DNA of 64,000 nt from contig JAAOMT010000295.1 in assembly GCA_016748015.1 (NCBI GenBank), forward strand, positions 930,001-994,000, in the 5' to 3' direction. Below the pieces are notes generated by a model. It had not been told where the DNA came from. It saw only the letters and a program-made list of their open reading frames with translations, and ran no database searches. The DNA is from Geosiphon pyriformis uo1 (taxonomy: Eukaryota; Fungi; Glomeromycota). The position numbers and the translations under genes were made by a program. Below, in pieces: positions 1 to 13,462 of the stretch (its first letter is position 1; the number at the start of each line of letters is the position of its first letter).

Positions 1-3000
1 TAACTGCTATTTAAGTCTAGCATTAAGAACCATTTCTTTTCTTCAAATACATTGAAAAGTTCTTAGATCTTTGAAGTTGGATAGCTATTTCTCTTAATTA
101 CTCCATTAAGTTTTCGGTAATCCATGCAAAACCAAATTTTCTCATTCTTTTTTCAAACTAATACAACTGGTAAAGATCATAAACTCATAAATAGTTGAAT
201 TAACTCATTGTCTAACATCTGATTGATTTTTTGTTGAATGATTTTATGGCTTTCTGGTGGTACTTGGTATGTTCTTTGCTTAATTGGTATTGTATCTCCA
301 GTTTTAATCTAATGTTAGATAATGTCAATTCTGCCAAATTCATTTTTACTGGTAAAGATCTTAGTAAAGTTGTTAGGTAACATTTTTAGTTGCATTCATT
401 GTAACAGATCTAGGTTTCTTAAATTTATTTGTTCTAATTGTTCTGGTTGGAGCAAATAACATTCTTTCTATCCATATATTGTTTGTAATATGATGTCTAC
501 CTATCTACAAAGTTGTGAAAAATCTGGAATGATGCTTGGTAATTAGTAATTGGTTATTAATTTTAGTACTTAAATATCTGATTGTAATTCTTTTTGGTAT
601 CTCAAGAACATCTCCTGTTGTATTGTAGATGAAAATTTTGATGTGTTTAGGGCTTTTGGCTGGTATGTAAAGATTGGTAAGTCTAATTTTTTCTGATTCA
701 CAAATTGTAATTTCTGCTTTAAACATTTGAGTTTGATTCTTTACTTTTCTTTCTATGGCTAATATGTACTGGCTATATGGTAGAATAAAAATTAATTGAT
801 GGGTAGAGATAATTTCTTCCTTGTCAATAACCTCTTTCTCTGTTATATTTACTGATACATCTAATTTTTTTATGGATTCAAATCTATTAATCTCTCTGGC
901 TGTAATTTTTAATTTTTCTCTGTTTTCCACTAATACTAATTGAGCTATTTTAACCAGAGACAGGAATATTGTCTATGCTATCTTTTCATTTGGCTTTATG
1001 ATATAGGCTTTTTCTGAGTCATTTTGTAGTATTGCAATAATATTTCCTACATATTGTGTGTCAATTATTTCTTCTCTAATATTAATTTTTTTTTGCTAAA
1101 CTACTCCTAGATGCTAACTGAACCATTGTTGTAGCTGAGATTTTCAGTGCTACTTTAAGATCAATACAGGTGCATAAATGTAGTGCCAATTTAATGTCAT
1201 TCTTTTCTAAATATTTCAGATCAAATTCTGCATCAGTATCATGCACATGTTCCAGCATAATATCTTTGTTATTTTCATTAAACCATTTGAGTTTTTGCTT
1301 TTTGAAAAGATTAGGGAGCACTATGTATTGGTCTGGGTTTGAATTAGAGTTTAAATTATTGTTGTTAGTTGTAATTGTCATTGTCAGAGTTTGAATTGGG
1401 ATTGAATGTTGATTCTGATTCTGATACACAGCTGCTAATTGGTTCTTCTTCTTCTGGAATTGTGTAGATTATGCATGGTAGTCAATTGTAAATAAGATCA
1501 CACTTATTACAATATTGAAAGTTACATAAAATCAAACAGTAGTTACATAGTCAAGTATTTAGCTGTTCTAACTATTGTTCTTGTTCTTTCCTTGTTTGTG
1601 CCAAGCACTAGTAGTGCTCATAAAATTCTTCTGAATTGTTCTTAACATTGTCAAAAATATCAAAAGTTGGGATGTATTTGGGTTTAGAAAAGAATAATGA
1701 ATTATTTTTAATTTCCAGTAATTCACAGAGAATAGCATCTTCTACTTTTGCACTTGCCATTCTCCAGATCTTATGTTTGTTATGGAGATATCTTTCTAAT
1801 TATTGCAACATTCTTTTCCATGCATTATTAATTAGAGTTTTTTTTTATATCCAGTCATTTATTAAGATAGTATATTGGCACATTTTGTTGTATGTTTCTT
1901 CATGCCAGAAATGTTATTTTATATTTCTTTATTAGATGAAACAAGGTTTATTATCTTATTTTTTTTGTCTTCTTGGTTATTTAAATTATTTTAGAACACA
2001 TGGGCAGCAATAGAACTTTGTTGCTATTGGCCATTTCTTGTTATTGTTACAACATACACTTATTGATAACAATTTTTTACCACAATCAATGCATATGAAC
2101 TTTGGTTAGTGATAGTTTGGCTGTTGTTGTGATGTATAAGTGTATGATATATATGTAGAGGTAGTAATTTGTGCTGGCTCTTTTTCTTTCTCCTTGCTTT
2201 TTTTTTTCTTCTCAAGTTAAGATCAGTGACAGCTCATTATGATCATTGTTAGCCCATAAGACTTGATAGGCTTTCCAGATAGGTTTGTTTACTTCTTCTT
2301 TCTTGAATTCTATTAATGGTGTTGGCATGATAGTGGTCTTAAAATAACCACAAATGGCTGATATGTGTGTGTGCTGACTGTTTTAGCTAAGCTAGAGCTC
2401 TTACATAATCCAATCAAATACAGTATTGGTCTTGGATAACCAATTATTGCCAACTAATGTCTGATATTGGGTTGCTTCTATTACAAAGACTTTGATGAGT
2501 GTTATAATGTTATTGACTTTAAAAGGGAAGTCATTAATTTTGGTGATTGGAGTCTTAGTGGCTCTATTTACTGTAATAATTCAAACACTGGCAGCATGGT
2601 CAACTCAGTGACTTAATTGGTCTATGAACTGCTTAATAATAATACTGCCTGCTGAATTACTGTCTAGAATCAGTTTGATTAACTGATCATTGATCTTGGC
2701 ATTAGTGTATATTGTAGTAATAAGTTTGGTGTCAAAGATGGCTCTACTAAAAAAAGGCATTGTTAAGAGTTCTTTGATTTCAAAAGAAAAGATGGCTGCT
2801 AGTAATTTGTCATTAGTAACTATTGCTGTTAAGATGTTGCTGGTTAGTGGTTTCTGGTTGGTTTTTGAATTGTGGGGTTAAATGTTTTCTGGAATTACCA
2901 GAAGGCTTAAATAGTTCTAAGAATTCGGGTTTTGTAGATATCTGTTTTCAGGACTCTACTGGCATGATCTGGATGACTGATTAAAAAAACTGAGGATCAG

Positions 3001-3977
3001 TTAATCTATAATCATTACCAATTTTCAGTTTTGTTAAGTATAGGTGATTCTTGGCTTTTAATTTCCTAATGTTAAGTAAGCTAAATTTGATGATCATATT
3101 TGAATTGATGGGTTTTGATAAATTATTTGTGACTGCAGTAGTTGATAAATTACAGGGTTTGATGAATTATAAATTGGAAGTATGTATATTGGCTACTGCA
3201 TTATTAGTAAGTAATTTGGTTAATATGGTTCTGAGTTTGGTTGATATCTTGGAGTTGGAAACTGGCAATTGGGATTTTGATACTGATTTCCTGATTGTTG
3301 ATTATTTAAGCAGTTGTAGCAGTCAATCTATAGGTGTCCTTGTTTACTACAATAGTGGCAATTATGCATTTTGGTTCACTACTGTTAATTGATAGATGAT
3401 GATAAACACACCTAATTTTGGAAATAATTCATGTTTTTTTAATTATTGTATTATTATAGAGATTGATAAATTGCTTAATTATTAGCTAAGTATTCTTCCA
3501 ATTTCTGGTTGATAGAATTACTGAATTGTTTCAACCTAGAGTCCAATTCAGATGATCTATTCATTACTAGATTTACAGCTTGGGCATGGTTGGTTTCTAA
3601 TTTAGCAGCTTCAAAATCTCTGGCATGTGTGATTGTGGCTTGAAGATTAGTTGGATGTAATGAGTGTATGTGTTGCAGAATGCTGCTGCATAATCCATGG
3701 ATGAATTGATTCAAGATTTGAACTACAGTGAAATAATCAGCATTGATGGCTTGAATTTGGCACAAGTTTCTGTAAAAACATCCTAGATAAATAGTGACTG
3801 CTTTAGTTTCTCCTTGCTTAATGGTGGTAAAGGTATTGGTTAAGCAATTAATACTATTATTGTTGTTAAAATATCATAGGAACTCAAACTTGAATGCATT
3901 AAAATTTTGAGATTTGTTGGCCAAGTTTTGATACCATAAGTCAGTGGTATCCTGGAGAAAATATAAAATGGCTTGTA
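1..3977 (-). pseudogene. Element A gag C-terminus, protease, Cys-rich module, dUTPase and RT N-terminus (degenerate)
   Basis: ORF-track fragments 3475-3765 (capsid QILNQFIHGL), 1082-1429 (dUTPase) and 505-930; many TAA/TGA/TAG stops. Confidence 0.9.
865..1270 (-). pseudogene. dUTPase domain of element A
   Basis: DAEFDL (motif 1), ASRSSLAKK (motif 2), IIDTQYVG (motif 3), KIA*TIF (motif 4), decayed motif 5. Confidence 0.85.
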
Positions 3978-4209
3978 TGTTGCAAACTATTTATAATCAT
4001 CAAAAATATAGATCAGTCCAAAATTTTAAATGATGATCTTCACATGTTTTTATTTATATAATTAAATTTTATTGGTTAATATACATGTGTTTTTAATATA
4101 TTATTTATAAGTAAGAAGTTTATTAGGTTTTTACAAAAAAATCTGGGTTTTATCTACTTAAACTAATACATTTCATACATTTTTTGCATCAAAATGAACT
4201 TGTTAAAAA

Positions 4210-4893
4210 ATGTATAACACTAACAAAAAAGATCTATTCAAGGTTATGGGCTTTAAGACAACTTCAGTTCTCTCAATCAAGGTAAAGCCAAAGATCTTTC
4301 AATTTCAATCTGATTCCCCTAAATTAACACCAACTGATATAAGTTTCTTGATTATTATAATAAGCTATTATATATCACATTCTAATAAGTTGTTAAAATA
4401 TTCAACAATCAAAATTTCTTTTGCAGCCTAGAAAACCAATTCTAAAACTAGATCATGATTCAGTCAAATACATGATAAGTATTTTAGTTGTTATATTTCT
4501 CTTTGGTATAATTTATTATTCAAATATTAAATTTAACCAGAAATCTTTATTACAGGAGATTTCGTATATTTCTTAGATCCAAGCAATTCTTTAAAACACA
4601 ACATTATAGTCATTGAAAGGTTATTTGTGAATTCAAAGCAAGTATCCACATTATAATAATGCAAGGTTACAAATAAAGTGCAAATGACATTCCCAAATTC
4701 TCCAACAATTGTTCATAGTACTTTTATGATTTCTTTAATGCCTAGTGTGAACAATATTGATATCTGGGTTTCTGTTCCAATAATGACAACTAAATATAGT
4801 GGTAATGTAAATAGAATATTCATAGTTAATGGTGCCATGTCACCAGCAAAAGACACACAGGCTGAGAGATATTATATCTTTATAAAAAAATGA
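4210..4893 (+). pseudogene. Degenerate ~227-codon ORF of unknown function inside X
   Basis: ORF-track pieces 4210-4431 and 4678-4893 share a frame and are bridged by a few stops. No transposase motif recognised. Confidence 0.45.
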
Positions 4894-5047
4894 CTATCTA
4901 AAGATTAGATTAATATTAATTGAAAGCCTTTCTGAAAATGATAATACTTTGATGATTTATTACATAGTAATATGACTTTAATGATTGCTGATTGGCTAAA
5001 ATCTGATTGATCAGCATCCAAAAATTAAAGACTAATAATAAAAGTGG

Positions 5048-5898
5048 TGTTATGGTTTAAGAATTTAGCAAAAAAATTATAAAAATAATATAAACTATTC
5101 AATTATAATATAGTGCAGTAATAATCTTAGAAAGATAATAATTAACATAGTAGCAAATACCATCTCGCAATAGTGGCAAGCACCAGTTTACAATAGCAGC
5201 CAATACCAACTGGTGATAGCAGCAAACACCAGGTTGAAATATCAAAAAAAAAGTATTATAATGTGTTTTCTCATAAAACTACAAACATATATATATACAG
5301 TAGCTTTAATATTGAGAAAAGTCAATCAAGTAATAAAAATCATAACTTATCAAGCAATAGATCCAATTTATCCAACAAACTTCATTTTAAATTGTATTTT
5401 TAAATCAAAAAGAAATGAAAAAAAATATTTAAAACTGAATTATCACAACTCCAAAGTAGTAAGAAACTCACTTGTGTTAATTATTAAATGAAACTATCAT
5501 TTATTAGTTGAATTCCTTGGAAGAATAATCTTTAATCAAGATTATTCACATTGTTATTAATTGATAAAAGCTTTATTGTGAGAATTAAGAAAAGTGCTAA
5601 AGGCCATTAACATTCTATGTTTCTAGATTAGAGAAACACATCAGGCAATTGCAAGGATAGCCTCAAAGAAAACCCCAAACAGTGGGTAGATTTCAGTTCA
5701 GCCTCTGAAAAAGAGTACATAAACACACACAACAATCAGGAATTGAGAAATAACTTATATTGTGACATTAAAGAAAAAGCCTTTAATAAAACAAGTGACA
5801 TTATCACACAAATAGAATTGAGGAACTCACAAGAGACTGATTGCAATTAAAAACGGGATATTGGCAATTAAATATACCAAGAAAACCATCCCATAACA
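5048..5898 (+). repeat. B 5' LTR (851 bp)
   Basis: TG...CA ends; direct repeat of 23697-24546. Confidence 0.96.
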
Positions 5899-5900
5899 TT

Positions 5901-5912
5901 TGGTGAACCCTA
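5901..5912 (+). promoter_or_regulatory. B primer-binding site TGGTGAACCC (possibly tRNA-Trp-like, unverified)
   Basis: TGG starts 2 nt after the LTR end. Confidence 0.7.
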
Positions 5913-5980
5913 GGAGGAAAGAAAATCAAAAAAAAAATAATAATTAGCAATAATTCATTGCTAAAAAAGAAGAGACAAAA

Positions 5981-8900
5981 GTGGCAACAAAAACCCCTAA
6001 CCTTACTGTTCTTAAATTCTGCCATGCTATTTACACACAAAATCAAAGTAATCTTGGATTACCAGAAAAATGTTGTCCAGCAAAATTTGTCCTCACTTAT
6101 TATATTAACACCAGAATAAATTATCATATAGGAAAAGAAGAAAAACCACATGATGCAAAACTTGGATTGTATAGAGAATTATCACAATACACTACAAAGG
6201 AAGTAGCAGTAATAGCCACAACTATTGTCAAAATCCATCGAAAAATTGAGCAATATGCTAACAAAAATTTTCTAATATTCACAAGAAACACTAAGAAATA
6301 CACCAACAAAACCAAAGAAAATTTAGAAACTAATCAGGAAAGTAACCAGCAAAAACTAGGAACATCTGCTCAAACACCAAAGAAAACTGTCACTCAATCA
6401 ATAAAGAAACAATGTATTTATTCACCAGAAAATAAATCATACCATTTTTCACCAAAAAATAAGATACAAATTCCATTAGGAGCTGTATCATTATTAACAT
6501 CAACTCCACAAATGCCAAGAACTCCTAATTATACTGATAAAATTAAACAACGTAACTGGAGAGACATACCAATTACAGGAGGATATTTATCACTATTCCA
6601 AAATCCTCTTTTTCAGCCAAAATTCGGAATGGGGTTGGAAAACCATAAAGAGAAGTCTGAATTGGAATCTAAAAAAGAGACCAGCAAAAAAACAATCACA
6701 AGACTGTTCACTGAAACAAGCAGCCAGTCCAGAAACCAAAAAACTCATGATCAAGAGGAAAAACCAAATATAAAGGAAGCCACTTTTAGGAATGCTTAAG
6801 AAAATATCATCCCACCTCTTCTTAGACCAATAAGCCCACCAGTAGAAAATGGCGATGAAATGACCACACCATATATCACAAGACTAACAGATTTCTCAAG
6901 AGAGGAAGAAAAAATGGACATGTACACGTGACTCAAAAAAGTGCAAAAAGCCATCTAGACAAATAACTAGAACAACCAAAGAGCAATTCAAACATTACCT
7001 TTCTTTCTGAAAGGCACAGCCAATTCGTGGTATCAAAGCCTGAAAACAAAACTCACAAGCTTTGCCAAATTTAAAAATACACTCCTGAAGTATTTTAGTA
7101 ACCCAAACATCATAATTCAACTACAGAACAAATTCAATACTATCAAGCAAGATATTGGTAAAACTGTCACCCAATATCTTGCTCAATTCAATTAAATTTA
7201 CCATTAGATTGAAGTGATTGAACAAGGATACTACACTGATTTTCAGGTTTTAAATCAGTTTATTAGAGGATTAAAAAGCAGCATTTTAGGAAGAGTATGT
7301 CTTATCTACCCTAATTCTTTACTAGAAGTCATTACGCTTGCCAGAGCCTTTGAATCAGCTGAAAAAAAAGCTAACCATAGTTAAATGGTTAACATGGTAA
7401 TGGAGAAAAATAAGACAGAAACATTAAAAAAAAGAGTAACGCAATTAGGGGAGGAACTTTTTAAGAAAATAGAAAGTTATCTCATCCTAGATCCAAGAAG
7501 AAATACATACCAATCACCCCAAAAACACATCCAGAAAGTCAGCAACAGTCAAAATAATTGCTCATCACACCAGGAATTCAGAACAGAAATGCATGCCTGT
7601 TATTTTTGCAAATACATAGGACATTTGATTAGTCAATATCGAATGCGAATAATATAGAAAGCACATGAAAATAATTATTACGCACTATTCCAAATGCCCA
7701 GAAACCAGTACATACCAATATCATGCCAATATCTCACCACATATCAAAATCAAGGAACTTACTAGCAACAGCCCATAATAGCCAACCTGAATTGGCATCC
7801 TGAACCCCGAAATCAGCCCATGTAGAACCAGAATGTATTGGTCCAGAGAAATCCAAACCACACTAGAACCAGTTAGCAAACCAATCTAAACTACCAAAAT
7901 TATCAACAAACTTATCTTAATATACCAGAAAATCTGATCATCAGAAACAATGACAGTAAAAACATAAACAGAACCAAAAATTTCTCCAACAAATTGAGCC
8001 AAACAATGCCACCAGCAGTTGCCACCAAAGATAGCAGTCTTGCAGCTATTTTTCTTTTTGAATTAGAAGAAAATAAGACTATATTCAGTGGAGCAGCATT
8101 GGACAAAAAATGCTCAATTACTACTATGTATATGAAAGCCACTGTAAACAATACCCCAATCAAACTTATCTTAGATAACAGATCCGCTGGAAGCATTGTA
8201 ATGCTTTAACTAGTAAACCAACTGAGTTTCAAAGTTGATCGTGCCATAATGTCTCAAATCATAACAGCTGATGAAAATACAAAGCTGTCTCATGGCAAAA
8301 TTGACTCATTCTCTTTCGAAGTTAACAACATAGTAATACCTACAAAAGTATTAGTAATGGACACTACACAATATTAAGCATTAGTAGGGAATGACTGGCT
8401 AACAAAAGCCAACACCACTCTAAATTGGACCACCCAAGAGCTTCTAATCAATTATAATGGCCACCAGGCCAAAATTCCAGCCACCTGTGGCCACTTCTAA
8501 AAACCCAGCACCAACCAAAGACCTACCTTCAAATTTGAGAAAAATCCAGTATTACCAGTTATCAAAATTTATCAGCTCTTTTGGGCTAATGACCAAAAAA
8601 CAGGATTACCAGCTGTACTAACATGGACCAGCAAAAAAAGATCTGAATGGAACCAGATAAGTCCACGAAAAAACCACTAGCAACACAAACCAAAGCTAAA
8701 ATGCTCAGTTTGCAAGAAAAAACTCTTGTCTATGACTGCATACAGTGTACCAGACAAAGACCCAAAAAACTCCACCCACTACTATTGTAACCATTGTAAC
8801 AAAAAAAAATACAGTTACCCAGAAAGACATGGAAAATGGAATGAGGAACCATGCTTTGCTTGTGGAAAACCATTACCAAAAAAGTGTGACTGGAATGATA

Positions 8901-11689
8901 TACCAGGCAGAGGAAAAACATGTGATGCAACTTGCCAATACACAATCCTCATCTGTGACTGAATAAGAGGAGAAATGCCATTTGAAGCAGTGTTCAACAG
9001 AGCATTAAAAAGATTACAGCACTATTCACATGATGAGGACAAGTTGTACAACACTACACAGGCCAAAGTAAGAAAAGAAACTGCCAAAAAAATACAACAT
9101 TGGAAAAAGTCAGCCAAAATAGCTGACAAAGTTGCCAGCTACAATATGTTTGATCCAGTGGACAAATTTCAGAACTACTACCAACAACTATGCTCCACTC
9201 GACAAGAGAAAGAACAATATCTTGCCCAAATCAACACTTACCTCTGCAAAAACTGTCTTATTTTGTGCCAAATCAGTGCTGTGAAGAGTGTCAAGATGAA
9301 AGAGACTTAGAAAGAAAAATGGAAATTGAGAATCAGCAGTCTCAAAATCAATCAATAAATCAATAAGACTCACCTAATGGTCCCAGATCAGAAAAATTTG
9401 TAGTCTATACCGACCTAGAACAGGTGATTGACATCTGATACTTTAACAATAGGCACTTAAGAATAATACCTGAAAGAGCCCATCCAACCAATGCCAGATT
9501 CAATCTATGTTATCTGGAAGACAAATCCACAACATTACCACTCAGAAGTATCACCAAAATCGACCTGAAAATAGCAGTTAAAATTCTACCAGGAATAATG
9601 ATTCAAATAGTGTCACAATCAAGTCTTACAAAAAAAAAATAAGCATTCAAGAAGGAGTAATTGACTCTGGATACACTGGAAATTTGATGGTTTTGCTACA
9701 AAACAATTCAGAAAAGTCTTATACCATTGAATCTAAGGAAAAGATTGCACAAGCAATTTTCCTACCATTGGTAAAAATTGGAAAATTTGTGCCAGTGAAA
9801 AATTGTGAGAAATTGTTACAAACAATAAGAGGAACTTTTGGTTTTGGATCAACAGAAAAAGAAATTGAAGCAAATTTTACTAAAACAATAGAGGAAAAAG
9901 GCAAAGTAATTAAAACTGAGTAGTTCATCATGCTTCTACCATATAGAAAATCAGAAATAAGAATAAAAAAGACAATTAAAGAAAAAGACTTAATATTTGA
10001 GCCCTACCCAGAAACTTACTAACAGTTTCTCATAAGACTTACTAACCTTTTTATTCTAGCTGATAAAACTCAATGGATAAAAATTTCTATTGCAAACACC
10101 ACAGAAAAACCCGTCTACATTCTGGAAAATACTATCATTGGATACTTCAGAACGGAGCTAGAAAACATGTCAACACCACAAAAAATTCTAAATTTCCCAA
10201 AAATTGCTCTCTACTGTGAACTCACTTCAATAAATTGGCAACAACTATTGGAATGCTATCAATTTATGCCAGAAGAATTGGCCAAATTAAACATTAAAAC
10301 AATAGATCCTAACCAACAGCAACAATTAAAAGCATTAATTTTAAAATACTCTGATATATTTTCATAAAATGGCGAATTTAAAAGAACCAACTTGGTTCAA
10401 CACCAAATTCCCACTGGAGACACCAAACCTGAAAAACAATGCACTTATCATGTCCCACCAATGGAGCATAATTTTATCAGAAAAGAAGTTCAAAGCATGT
10501 TAGAAAAAGGAATAATTCAACTATCAATGAGCCCATGGTCTTTACCAGTTGTTTAATAAGGAAAAAAAAACAGAAAAATTAGATTTTGTGTCAACTATCG
10601 CAAACTAAACAGCAAAACAACCAAAAACTCATACTTAATACCATTAATTGATAAAATCTTTGATGTTTTTGGAGGAGCAAAATGGTTTTCTATACTGGAC
10701 TTGACCAGTGAGTACTGACAAGTGGAAATGGACCCAAAGGACAGGCATAAAACAGCATTCACAACACAAAATGGCAATTATGAGTTCAATGTAATACCAT
10801 TTGGATTGACAAATGCTCCTGTGACATTCCAAAAACTAATGGACGTAATTTACTCCAGAATCCTGTGGCAATCTGTTGTTGTCTACTTGAATGATACAAA
10901 TGTTTTCTTGTCAAAATTCATGGATTATCTCCAACATTTGCAACAAGTTTTTGAGAGATTAAGACATGCTAGACTTAAACTAAATCTAGAAAAATGTTTC
11001 TTTGGGAAAAATGAGCTAGCATTTTTAGGACATGTAGTTAGAAAAAATAAAATAAAACCAGATCCATCAAAAATAGACAAAGTGAAAAATTTTCTAGGAC
11101 CTTGAAACATTTCAGAAGTTAGAAGCTTTTTAGGACTTGCATCTTACTACTGCCACTTTATAGAAAACTTTTTAAATATTGCCAAACCTCTTAATTACTT
11201 ACTATCCAAAAATGTAAAATTTGAATAGACTGAAGAAACAAAAAAGCTTTTGAGTATCTTAGACAAAAGCTCATTGAATCACCAATAATGATCTATCCAA
11301 ATTTCAACAAGAAATTCATTTTGGCCACAGATGTCTCTGGAACTAAACTTGGAGCCATTTTGTCACAAAAAAATGATAATGGAAGAGAACATATAATCGC
11401 TTATGCCAGCAGAAGCCTCAGTATGGCAGAGCAAAACTACACAGCACACAAACTTGAATGCTTAACAGTAGTCTGGAGTTGTGTTCACTTTGACACATAT
11501 TTATGGTACCAACTCTTTGAGATTATCACAGATTATAGAGGTCTGGTCTGGTTAAATAACAAGAAAGCACTAAAAGAAAAATATGCCAGATGGTCACAAA
11601 CATTAACACCATACAATTATATTATCAAATACAAAGAAGGTACCAAAAATGTTAATGCTAACTGTTTGTCAAGAATGAGACACACATAA
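5981..11689 (+). pseudogene. B ORF1: N-extension, Gag, CCHC, protease, Cys-rich module, dUTPase, RT, RNaseH (degenerate)
   Basis: CYFCKYIGHLISQ, LILDNRSAGS, GVIDSGYTG, RGTFGFGS, KTAFTTQNGNYEFNVIPFGLTNAP, VYLND, LATDVS, NANCLSR. Confidence 0.93.
9469..9860 (+). pseudogene. dUTPase domain of element B
   Basis: NARFNL, SQSSL, GVIDSGYTG, KIAQAIF, RGTFGFGST. Confidence 0.9.
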
Positions 11690-11718
11690 AAATTAGCAAT
11701 CTACCCACCACAACAACA

Positions 11719-13098
11719 ATGAACAACCACCTTTACAAAAACCTCAGCCAATACTTAGAAACACTACAAATAGACAAAGAAATGCCAGTAAAAGAGTTAA
11801 TTAAGCTCCAAAAATTAGCAAAACATTATTTCATCTAAAATCACATACTTTATTACTGGAATCGACAAAATCCAGATAATCCATTAAGAATTATAACCAC
11901 AGATGAAAAAAAAACTATCTTATTTAACATGCACTCAGATATTTATTCAGGCCACTTTGGAAAAACAACAATCATTCAACGTGTAACTAGCTGTTACTAT
12001 TGGCCAAAAATGAGTTCAGACATAATCCAATACATAAGAAATTGTAACTCATGCCAATGAAGAGGAAGAGCAAAAACAATGAAATTATTAAGACCAATAA
12101 AAGTTGGACAGCCATTTGACAGAATTAGAATTGATTTAGTTGGATCCTTACCAATAACAACATGAAACAACTATTATATTGCAGTAGCTGTGAACTATCT
12201 CACCAAATGGCCAGAAGCTAGAGCTATTAAAACAGCTAATGCTATTTTTGTAGCTCAATTTGTACATGAAGACTTAATTTGCTGGCATGGATGTTCACAA
12301 AAATTGCTATCAGATTAAGACACACACTTTATAAACAGCACTTTAAAAGAACTTAGTCAAAAATTTGGAATCAAGCGACTACTGTCATCACCATACCACC
12401 CACAAACAAATGGATTAATTGAAAGATTTAATTGCACATTATGCAAATCACTGGCAAAAATTAGTAATGAACATGAAAAAGAATGAGATTTGTTCATACC
12501 AGCAGTACTACTAGCATATAGAACAGTAAAACAAGATACTACACAATTCACATCATTTGAACTCATTTATAGAAGAAAAGCCACATTACCAGTTGAATTT
12601 ACTATCCCAACTTATCCAAGTGACACTATCACTGAAGCAACATTCCAGGAAACACTACTTAGAAGAACATATGAATTAATGGAAACTTTAGAAAACAAAA
12701 GAAGAAAAACAGCACAAAATATTAAACAATCACAAAAACAACAAAAAGTAAGACATGATAACCAGTTACCAGATAATATAATTAGCTACAAAATTGAAGA
12801 TAAAGTATTGTTGCATTGCACAAAAATGGAAAAACAATAGAGTGGAAAATTTAATCACAAGTGGGATGGACCATTTTATATTCACAAAATACTTGAAAAT
12901 AGAGCATACAAGCTAAGACTAAATGATAAAATATTAAGAAAAGCAGCACATGGTAACTGGCTAAAATTCTATTACAGTAAACCAGTAATAACAACAAAGA
13001 CACTCAGAATTGGAACACAATTACCTTTAATTCTACCAGAACAAATTCCACGAGATTTAGAACCAATAATTTTAATTGAACATTATTCAAAAAGATAA
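11719..13098 (+). pseudogene. B integrase, separate ORF (~459 codons)
   Basis: ATG at 11719 (MNNHLYKNL); HSDIYSGH..CNSC; IDLVG / LSD / NGLIERFN; KWDGPF. One frame with decay stops. Confidence 0.9.
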
Positions 13099-13140
13099 TT
13101 AATCTTAGATCACAGCAAAAATGATTTAACAACCATAAAA

Positions 13141-13462
13141 ATGCATGCAAAAGATTTCAAAATAGCAGTCAAAATTAAAACAATAATACTTATTCCAGAA
13201 AACATCAACAATATAACTCAACAATTAGTTGAAAGCTTACAACACTTAAAATCCGATCTGAAAATTACAATTAATAGCTCCAAAATAACATACATAAAAA
13301 GAACAATAAAAAATCTAAAAACAAGAAAAGAACATAATTTTGAACCATATAATATTACCAAACATAACAACAAATTTATTAGCAAAGTTATTGAAAAATT
13401 AGAGATAGCATTAGGTAATACATTAATAATAGAAGAAATAGAAATAAGTGAATTAACACCAG
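13141..13462 (+). pseudogene. B ORF3, 5' part (split by C)
   Basis: Joins in frame to 23295-23683 after removing C and one CCAG, giving a 236-aa stop-free ORF. Confidence 0.8.

Noticed and set aside
1170-3392. Short antisense ORFs here and throughout the ORF track
   Set aside because: They are shadows of TE coding strands with no independent motifs.
3978-5047. TG start at 3978 as another LTR
   Set aside because: There is no direct-repeat partner or PBS; it has an inverted partner ending at 24735 and a TA TSD.
11719-11722. ATGA overlap coupling RNaseH to integrase (also at C 16658)
   Set aside because: ORF1 already stops upstream at the conserved position, and D and E lack the same frame relation.
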